32,645 nt of DNA, taken from positions 1 through 32,645 of IMG/VR virus record IMGVR_UViG_3300012667_000749. One strand, 5' to 3'. The notes under the pieces are model-generated. The model saw only the letters and a program-made list of their open reading frames with translations. It searched no databases and was not told the DNA's origin. Made by a program: the position numbers and the translations under genes. Of this stretch, positions 26,776 to 32,645 are shown piece by piece. Numbering within the stretch: the stretch's first letter is position 1; every line of letters starts with the position of its first letter. The DNA is from a virus (Duplodnaviria > Caudoviricetes).

Positions 26776-26896
26776 AGTTAAATGCCTTATGGCAGGAGAT
26801 GTTAATAAAGTGCTTTTTTATTCCTATCTTATAGCCATAATAGAAAGAGCCTAAAGCTATCCAGCAGAAAACACAAAAAAAAGATAAGTACTTCAT
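26765..26896 (-). CDS. 43-aa membrane peptide not in the ORF track (MKYLSFFCVFCWIALGSFYYGYKIGIKKHFINISCHKAFNYGP)
   Basis: Translated by hand; TAATG coupling with the upstream gene; fills the gap exactly. Confidence 0.55.
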   Translation of the reverse strand: MKYLSFFCVFCWIALGSFYYGYKIGIKKHFINISCHKAFNYGP

Positions 26897-27309
26897 TAGA
26901 ATACCCACTTAATCTTTAGGTCTAAAGGGAGAGAGTGCATCTCGTTAGTAGTAATATCTCTACAGGCATACTCTCCGACTACTAACTCTCCAGTCCCAGC
27001 ATCAAAGAGCCTTCCTTCTAACTGGTAACTTCTGCCGTTAGCTTGATCGTCGAATATAGTCCCCTGGGGATATTCATTTATAAGATCTCCCAGAGTCTCT
27101 GGCTCTGGCTCTATGGCGTTTATCGTATACCTAACTAAGTTATGAGCTTCTTTCTTAAGACTATCGGGCATGGCCATTAGCCATATTAGCTCTTTATAGT
27201 TCTTTTTGTCTGGATCAATGATAGAGAAAAGATTAGAGATTAAATCTTTATAATTCGAAGATCTCTTTTTTAGATGCTCTAGTACTTCGTGTTTTTTTTG
27301 CAGTCTCAT
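26896..27309 (-). CDS. Hypothetical protein
   Basis: 137-aa ORF, SD GGGGG. Confidence 0.7.
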   Translation of the reverse strand: MRLQKKHEVLEHLKKRSSNYKDLISNLFSIIDPDKKNYKELIWLMAMPDSLKKEAHNLVRYTINAIEPEPETLGDLINEYPQGTIFDDQANGRSYQLEGRLFDAGTGELVVGEYACRDITTNEMHSLPLDLKIKWVF

Positions 27310-27922
27310 TTTCTACCCCCAGGTTAAAATTTTCTTTATTGAAAAACTCTTCTAGATCTACTTTAGGTAATAATAGTTTTAATATCTCGAAGCATACTAC
27401 TGTATCTGCCTTGGCGTCATGATGCTTAAAGTTATTAAGTCCCAGGTACTGAGCGATACTTTTTAAATCATAATTACAGCTCAGCCTCAAATATTTAGCA
27501 AGACTATGAGTAGAGATTATATGCTTTCTAGGGCAGGACCTATAGAGAGAGTACTGCATAGAGTAATGGAATAGATTACACGTTAAGACCGAATAATCAT
27601 AAGTGCTAAATTTTCCGAAAATAGTTCTATTAGCATGAGCTGCGAAGTGGCAGATAGGAAGATCCTCAAGCCAAGCGTTTAGGTCCTGAATAGCTTCTCT
27701 ATGAGCTGGGAAGTGCTTAGCAGTATCGTATCCTATCCCATGTATAGCATAGCTTTCCTGGGCAGCATTATCCCATAGCTCGGGACGGGCCTTAAGTTCG
27801 TACTCTTCTATAATATTAAAGTTTTTATCTGCTAATAAAAAATGCCCAGTTATTAGCTGGGCAAGTGTAGAGACCTTATCAGTAGCTTCGACGTCTACGA
27901 TTAAGTAATGACTAGGAAGCAT
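27248..27922 (-). CDS. DEDDh (DnaQ-like) 3'-5' exonuclease
   Basis: 'IVDVEAT', 'AAH...YD' and 'HHDAKAD' motifs. Confidence 0.82.
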   Translation of the reverse strand: MLPSHYLIVDVEATDKVSTLAQLITGHFLLADKNFNIIEEYELKARPELWDNAAQESYAIHGIGYDTAKHFPAHREAIQDLNAWLEDLPICHFAAHANRTIFGKFSTYDYSVLTCNLFHYSMQYSLYRSCPRKHIISTHSLAKYLRLSCNYDLKSIAQYLGLNNFKHHDAKADTVVCFEILKLLLPKVDLEEFFNKENFNLGVENETAKKTRSTRASKKEIFEL

Positions 27923-28247
27923 TAGACTGCTCAGACATAAAACTAAACTCTTCCAGGACTACTTGAGTACGCTCGATATTGTCTTTATCTTTATAGTAGT
28001 CTAATACGCCTTCGATATAAATAATCTTGCCGTCTTTTAGATACTTCTCAAGTACGTTAGCAGCGGCTCCGTAAGACACGATTTTATGCCAAGTCTTTTT
28101 ATCTTCTTTACGAGTGCCATCTTCATTCTTACCCATGGGGCGCCAAGTCTTAAGAGTAAAAGCGATCATATCTTTACCCGACTTAGTTTCAATTTTTTTG
28201 ATCTGATAGACTGGACCTAATAGGATAACTTTATTTACTGCGACCAT
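27912..28247 (-). CDS. ssb: Single-stranded DNA-binding protein (short, no acidic tail)
   Basis: 'VNKVILLG', 'TWHKIV.YG..A....KYL..G..IYIEG.L'. Confidence 0.9.
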   Translation of the reverse strand: MVAVNKVILLGPVYQIKKIETKSGKDMIAFTLKTWRPMGKNEDGTRKEDKKTWHKIVSYGAAANVLEKYLKDGKIIYIEGVLDYYKDKDNIERTQVVLEEFSFMSEQSNAS

Positions 28248-28254
28248 TTACTAC

Positions 28255-28401
28255 CTACTTCTTTTTAGTTTTTTTATTCTTACTCTTACCAGCTACAGAG
28301 AGAGCGATAGCTACAGATTGGGCCTGGCTCTTTCCGCTCTTCATTCCTTTTTTAATGTTCTCGCTAATAGTCTTTTTAGACTTACCTTTCTTTAATGGCA
28401 T
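28255..28401 (-). CDS. 48-aa highly basic protein not in the ORF track ([48 protein letters not shown])
   Basis: Translated by hand; fills the erf-ssb gap; the 'MPLKKG.S...IS.NI...Q.VAIALS.A' pattern recurs in phage genomes (from recall). Confidence 0.85.
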   Translation of the reverse strand: MPLKKGKSKKTISENIKKGMKSGKSQAQSVAIALSVAGKSKNKKTKKK

Positions 28402-28403
28402 AA

Positions 28404-29039
28404 TTACCCCTTATTCTTTGGAGCGTTAGATATTAACTCTCCAGCTTGCTTTTTCGTAATAGTATTAGGATCCAATTTTTCTAGATAGCTTAATGGGTAT
28501 AACTTCTTAATGGCTCCTAACTGAGCAGGAGTAGCTAACTCAGGCGTAGGGCCATTGTTATAACTAGGTTTATACGCTTTCTCATAATCTCTAGACTCTT
28601 CTTCGTCTAAGCTTTCTAGCATAAAGGTCTTAAGGTAACAGTACTTAAGCGCCATAGAATAAGCCTTACCCATGGCCTTATCTGAGCTATCCATAGCGTA
28701 GGAGAAGCACTTAGTAGTTATTCTTTCTGCTGGATCGTCAATATTGATAAAGGTAACGCTGGCCTGGATCTTAGCTAGGTAAGAGATCTTAGTAGTTATC
28801 TTTCCTTGGTACTCGCTCTTAGACTCGATAGCCTCTAGAGAAAAGTCTGCCATATCAGGCATAGCGACTATCCCAGCAGCAGTTAGTGGACCATGCAGAA
28901 GAGCTGTAACGTCGTCGTGGGTAACGGCGGTATAAGATCTACCATTACCCATTTCTACCGTAGAGCCTTTATGCACGCTATCTACGGACTTCATTACTAG
29001 ATTAATACGCTGGAATAAATTGAGAGAGTTCGACTTCAT
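28404..29039 (-). CDS. erf: ERF-family single-strand annealing protein
   Basis: '[23 protein letters not shown]' motif; C-terminal 'ATPAQL...[11 protein letters not shown]' module; close to ssb. Confidence 0.8.
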   Translation of the reverse strand: MKSNSLNLFQRINLVMKSVDSVHKGSTVEMGNGRSYTAVTHDDVTALLHGPLTAAGIVAMPDMADFSLEAIESKSEYQGKITTKISYLAKIQASVTFINIDDPAERITTKCFSYAMDSSDKAMGKAYSMALKYCYLKTFMLESLDEEESRDYEKAYKPSYNNGPTPELATPAQLGAIKKLYPLSYLEKLDPNTITKKQAGELISNAPKNKG

Positions 29040-29245
29040 TTAGTACCCCTTTTAATTTTTAATAAGTCTTTTTTTATTTCTTTAAGCGCCCAGTCTAAGG
29101 GCTTCATACCGTTTATTAATTTAATTTTATTTCTGCATCTACAGGACAGCTCAGAAGTTACATTACCTTGATCGTCATAGTAAAGCTCAAAATATTCTTT
29201 GCATTTATTACAGTGAATGATCTCGCTAGAAGTACTTTTTAACAT
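29036..29245 (-). CDS. Small Cys-rich (Zn-ribbon-like) protein
   Basis: CNKC...CRC. Confidence 0.65.
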   Translation of the reverse strand: MLKSTSSEIIHCNKCKEYFELYYDDQGNVTSELSCRCRNKIKLINGMKPLDWALKEIKKDLLKIKRGTK

Positions 29246-29247
29246 AA

Positions 29248-29448
29248 TTATAAATTATAACAATTAATAGAAGTAGGATAAAACGGCTCACATAATTGCT
29301 TAGCGACTTGTACGCTTACTTGTTTGTTGACGATCTCTTCAGCTTGGCAGGATAGAATAGCTTCTTCTCTGGTGAAGCATCTTTTATCGTTTTTAGATCC
29401 GCATGAGATAAAAAATAATAAAAATAAAAGTGTATAAATTTTAGCCAT
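29248..29448 (-). CDS. Small lipoprotein, first gene of the leftward operon
   Basis: Signal peptide with lipobox FISC-G; four further Cys; SD GGAG. Confidence 0.7.
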   Translation of the reverse strand: MAKIYTLLFLLFFISCGSKNDKRCFTREEAILSCQAEEIVNKQVSVQVAKQLCEPFYPTSINCYNL

Positions 29449-29570
29449 TTAATAACTCCGTAGTTTTATAAGTATTACATATTACCATTTTTTTAATTGT
29501 TAAGAATAAAAAATCAGACTATCTATATTTATTACATATATAGAAAGCAATATTTTTAAGGAGGTACTTA
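29449..29570. promoter_or_regulatory. AT-rich divergent control region with direct repeat TATTACATAT
   Basis: Lies between divergent operons; repeat copies at 29473-29482 and 29530-29539. Confidence 0.65.
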
Positions 29571-30377
29571 ATGGCCAAGCGTTTTACTGATACCGAAAAG
29601 TTCACAGATCCCTGGTATAGAAGATTATCTAGTAAGCATAAGCTTTTATGGGAGTATCTACTCTGTACTTGTAACCATGCTGGGATCGTAACAATAGACC
29701 TGGAGCTAGTAGAGCTAGTGCTTAAAGAACGGTTTAAAGACGACGATATATCTACTTTTTTTAGTGATAGAGTTCTTCGTTTAAGCGAGTTCAAGTACTT
29801 CATACCTAAATTTTTAGACTTTCAGTACGGAAAGCTAAACCCTGCGTCTAAAGTTCATGGCTCAGTTATGGACGCACTGAGTAAGGAAAGTATCACATAT
29901 AACTCATTAGAAGTAGGTAGATCCTATACTCTAGCCATAGAGTATAGCAATACTAGCGATAGTATTAAGGAAAAGGAGAAGGATAAAGATAAAGCTAAGG
30001 TTAAGGATAAGGCTAAGGAAAAGGAGAAGGCTTCTTACGAAAATACTACGCTAAGTGTTAAAAACTCACCTTTAGAAGTTTTGAATTTTGAAGACCAAGA
30101 AATTATTACCTGGCTTAGAAAAGGATCTTTACCCTTACAGGAAAAGCTCCTAAAAAAATACGACGAAGACTACTTGGCGCAGACTATCGAGAAAGCGTAT
30201 TACTGGCAGGCAGATAATAAAAAGCGCCAAGCTGGATCATTCTTATCTAGCTGGATAGATCGAGATAATAACAAGCGCTTGAAGGGTAACTTGAGCGAGG
30301 CAGATTACAACTTGAAAGCCTTTTTTGATGAGGCAGCGGCCAAGGTAGTACCGTACGATTATGGCTTTACTAAATAA
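29571..30377 (+). CDS. Replication initiator/replisome organizer
   Basis: N-terminal 'KRFTDT..F.DPWYR.L...KLLW.YL...C.HAG' wHTH-like domain; KEKEKDKDK linker; C-terminal 'FLSSW'; upstream of the helicase. Confidence 0.8.
   Translation: MAKRFTDTEKFTDPWYRRLSSKHKLLWEYLLCTCNHAGIVTIDLELVELVLKERFKDDDISTFFSDRVLRLSEFKYFIPKFLDFQYGKLNPASKVHGSVMDALSKESITYNSLEVGRSYTLAIEYSNTSDSIKEKEKDKDKAKVKDKAKEKEKASYENTTLSVKNSPLEVLNFEDQEIITWLRKGSLPLQEKLLKKYDEDYLAQTIEKAYYWQADNKKRQAGSFLSSWIDRDNNKRLKGNLSEADYNLKAFFDEAAAKVVPYDYGFTK
29924..30030. other. Putative replication origin inside the initiator gene
   Basis: Two adjacent perfect inverted repeats (29924-29947 and 29949-29966) followed by a purine-skewed tract with a 17-bp direct repeat. 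Confidence 0.6.
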
Positions 30378-30407
30378 AAATGGTAGTGATAACGCAAGGG
30401 GTTTAAC

Positions 30408-31211
30408 GTGACGCTGTATTTTACTAATGACGACCAGCAACAATACGAAGATAAGCTAAAGCAGGTCCATGCCCACTCAAGATTAGGCTTCCTAAACGCT
30501 CATAATGGACTCAGGAGAGCTTCTCTGCACCTGGTCCTTGGTACCACAGGGGGAGGCAAGTCAACGCTCGTCAGGACGCTTTTAAGAGATATTATTTTTA
30601 ACCCCGAAAATGAGCTATCGGTAGGGATCTGGTTAAGCGAAGAAACCGTGGACGATTATAAACGGCAAGTGGCCTACGGTATGCCTAGCCATGATAAGCT
30701 CTTAACTACTAACGCTTTCTCAGAGCTAGACTCTCAGAGACTAACAGAGATGACTTTCTTCGAGTGGCTAGAGTTCTATAAACCAGACGTACTTATCTTT
30801 GATAACATAACTACCAGCGCTCTCTATAATGATAAGACAGCTAAGGAGCAGGGATCATTTTCTAAGAAGCTTAAAGAAGCTACTACTAGACTTAACATAG
30901 CTACTATCCTTATCGCTCATACAGACGCTAAGGCCACGGACTCTATGGGTAGGCTAATTAATCTTAACGATATAAGAGGATCTAAAAATTTAGCTAACCT
31001 GGTAGAGTTCGCTTATATCCTCCAGCGCTTCGAGATTAACGATGGCTTCTATCCGACCATAAGAGTGGTTAAGCATAGATCCCAGGAGCTAGTGCACGGT
31101 CTGTATTACTTACAATATGATAAAAGACTTCGTTCTTTTAGCGGAGATCTTGCTATAGACTTTAAAAAATTTAAAGAGATGTATAGCCAACGTAATAGAC
31201 TGGATAAGTAG
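30408..31211 (+). CDS. DnaB-like (SF4) helicase, RecA-fold domain only
   Basis: Walker A GTTGGGKS; 'LSEE', 'LIFDNI', 'LIAH', 'DIRGS' and 'VVKHR' motifs. Confidence 0.82.
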   Translation: MTLYFTNDDQQQYEDKLKQVHAHSRLGFLNAHNGLRRASLHLVLGTTGGGKSTLVRTLLRDIIFNPENELSVGIWLSEETVDDYKRQVAYGMPSHDKLLTTNAFSELDSQRLTEMTFFEWLEFYKPDVLIFDNITTSALYNDKTAKEQGSFSKKLKEATTRLNIATILIAHTDAKATDSMGRLINLNDIRGSKNLANLVEFAYILQRFEINDGFYPTIRVVKHRSQELVHGLYYLQYDKRLRSFSGDLAIDFKKFKEMYSQRNRLDK

Positions 31212-31221
31212 GAGGTATAAA

Positions 31222-31815
31222 ATAAAAATAGAAGATTATAAAAAAATTGTTTCAAGGTGTAAGTATCTACTAGAGACAATTGACTGCCACCAGGCAGAGA
31301 TAGCCTCTCTAGCTATTAACGTATGCGATATAAGGCATGGTGGTAGAAGTACAGGTATCTATACTCTTACAAAATTTTCTGAAGATATTGGTATTAATAG
31401 AAAGACTTTATCTGGCTGGGTTAATATTTATAAAAACGTAGTAGTTAAAATAGGTAAGGACCATACTTCTATTAATAAGAAAGACTGGGAAGTATCTTCT
31501 AAAGTAGACGACAGGATAAGACAGGAGATTAGAGCGTATAATGCTATCAACGGCATAGCTAAAAGAAAAACAATTAATAAGAGTTTTTACTCAGACGATA
31601 AGATTAAAGATCTATTCGGTAGTATTTATAAGAAAGACGATTACGAATATACTCTATTATCTTTCAATAGATACTTAATCCATACAAAAAAGAGCATGAG
31701 ATATAAGGACATAGGATTAGTTAGCGACTCTACTCTAATTAGCATTAACGAGTCATGTATAGAAATTAGCGAGATGATCTTGGACTATTTTAAAAATAAA
31801 GGAGTTAAAAAATGA
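31222..31815 (+). CDS. 197-aa HTH-containing protein with a probable ATA start, not in the ORF track
   Basis: Stop-free frame to TGA 31813-31815; SD AGGAGGT at 31210-31216, 5 nt before ATA; 'TLTKFSEDIGINRKTLSGWV'; ATGA overlap with the next gene. Confidence 0.8.
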   Translation: MKIEDYKKIVSRCKYLLETIDCHQAEIASLAINVCDIRHGGRSTGIYTLTKFSEDIGINRKTLSGWVNIYKNVVVKIGKDHTSINKKDWEVSSKVDDRIRQEIRAYNAINGIAKRKTINKSFYSDDKIKDLFGSIYKKDDYEYTLLSFNRYLIHTKKSMRYKDIGLVSDSTLISINESCIEISEMILDYFKNKGVKK

Positions 31816-32087
31816 GAGTTAAGGCAAACAATATAAGCAAGTATATCAGATCTCGGAGAGTGGCGCTTAATCTAAGCCAGCAGAAGCTCTCTTCTTTCCT
31901 TGGCTGGAGTGGCAAGACTTCCCAGTATCTGAGTAATATCGAGCTGGGCAAGTGCTCTTTCCCTTCTAAGGATATTAATAAGCTTTCATGCGCTCTTAAT
32001 GTAGATAGATCAGTAATAATAGAAGCATTAGTAAAAGACTACAGGGAAAGCCTAGAGAGCCAAGTTATAGAGGATCTTAAATTATAA
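31812..32087 (+). CDS. XRE/Cro-family HTH regulator
   Basis: 'IRSRRVALNLSQQKLS..LG....QYLSNIELGK..FP'. Confidence 0.88.
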   Translation: MRVKANNISKYIRSRRVALNLSQQKLSSFLGWSGKTSQYLSNIELGKCSFPSKDINKLSCALNVDRSVIIEALVKDYRESLESQVIEDLKL

Positions 32088-32132
32088 GACATATCCAATA
32101 TGTTACGGAATATGTCACTTAATGGAGGTATT

Positions 32133-32318
32133 ATGTTAAGGCACGATAGATGCGGAGAGTTCGAGGCTAAGATCTTAGAGCTGGAAAAGATAATAAAGGA
32201 ACAGGAAGAGCAGCTGGTTAAGTATTACGATAGACTCCAGGCAGTACTGGAAGAGAATATAATCTTAACTGCAGAACTAGACGATACTATAAGGAAACTA
32301 GAAAGGGCTTTAGTATGA
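32133..32318 (+). CDS. Coiled-coil hypothetical protein
   Basis: SD GGAGGT favours ATG 32133 over 32100. Confidence 0.7.
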   Translation: MLRHDRCGEFEAKILELEKIIKEQEEQLVKYYDRLQAVLEENIILTAELDDTIRKLERALV

Positions 32319-32645
32319 ACGATAAAGACAAAGAAGCGTTCGAGAAGTTTTTTTCTGATATATTAAAAAATATGGATAGCATTTGGTACGAACCTTTTGA
32401 ATTAGAGTATAAAAATGCAATGTTTGACGCTTTTAAATACGCTTGTGAGTATAAGCAGAAAGAAATTAATAAATTAAAAGAATTTTGGAAACCAATAATA
32501 GATAAATTTGAAAAAAAATACCCAAACTCAGGAAATGCAAATACTGTAGCACTTACTTCGTTAACGGAAGCTTTTGATATTTATTGTGAAAATGAAAAAC
32601 TCCAAGCTGAAAACAAAAAGCTAATCAACGGCTCACGAATGAAAC
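32315..32645 (+). CDS. 5' part of the junction-spanning hypothetical protein (MNDKDKEAFEKFF...)
   Basis: ATGA overlap with the upstream gene; open to the window end and in frame with 1..267. Confidence 0.85.
   Translation, partial: MNDKDKEAFEKFFSDILKNMDSIWYEPFELEYKNAMFDAFKYACEYKQKEINKLKEFWKPIIDKFEKKYPNSGNANTVALTSLTEAFDIYCENEKLQAENKKLINGSRMK
32591..32645. repeat. Terminal 55-bp direct repeat, right copy
   Basis: Identical to 1-55. Confidence 0.95.

Noticed and set aside
29519-30443. Minus-strand ORFs 29519-29803 and 30243-30443
   Set aside because: Antisense to the initiator and helicase genes, with no supporting signals.
1-32645. CRISPR array, diversity-generating retroelement, invertible cassette, integrase or stop-codon reassignment
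   Set aside because: No spaced repeats, reverse transcriptase, template/variable repeat pair or recombinase seen; genes are intact under code 11 and use TAA, TAG and TGA as stops.

Overview
The window is most likely one complete, circularly assembled genome (about 32,590 bp; bases 1-55 repeat exactly at 32591-32645) of a tailed dsDNA phage with a siphovirus-type layout and a Gram-negative host. The + strand carries terminase, portal, two tandem morphogenesis paralogs, scaffold, major capsid, a large collagen-containing fibre, neck, tail tube, tail chaperone, tape measure, tail tip and lysis genes. The tail chaperone has a lambda-type GGGAAAG -1 frameshift. A divergent control region at about 29.45-29.57 kb separates a leftward operon (lipoproteins, ERF, SSB, DEDDh exonuclease, metzincin lipoprotein) from a rightward replication operon (initiator with a likely internal origin, DnaB-like helicase, HTH proteins). 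I found no integrase, DNA polymerase, tRNA or CRISPR array. The least explained signals are cis-acting: (i) a cassette of TTGAC, a palindrome and twin C(GAAG)G hairpins, present at two loci heading the packaging and capsid operons; (ii) a TGARTACNAT promoter-like motif, one variant of which lies inside an SD-sequestering hairpin; (iii) a 197-codon HTH gene missed by the ORF track, apparently starting at ATA; (iv) genome-wide enrichment of TpA and CTAG. All functional calls rest on motif recognition and gene order, not on database searches.
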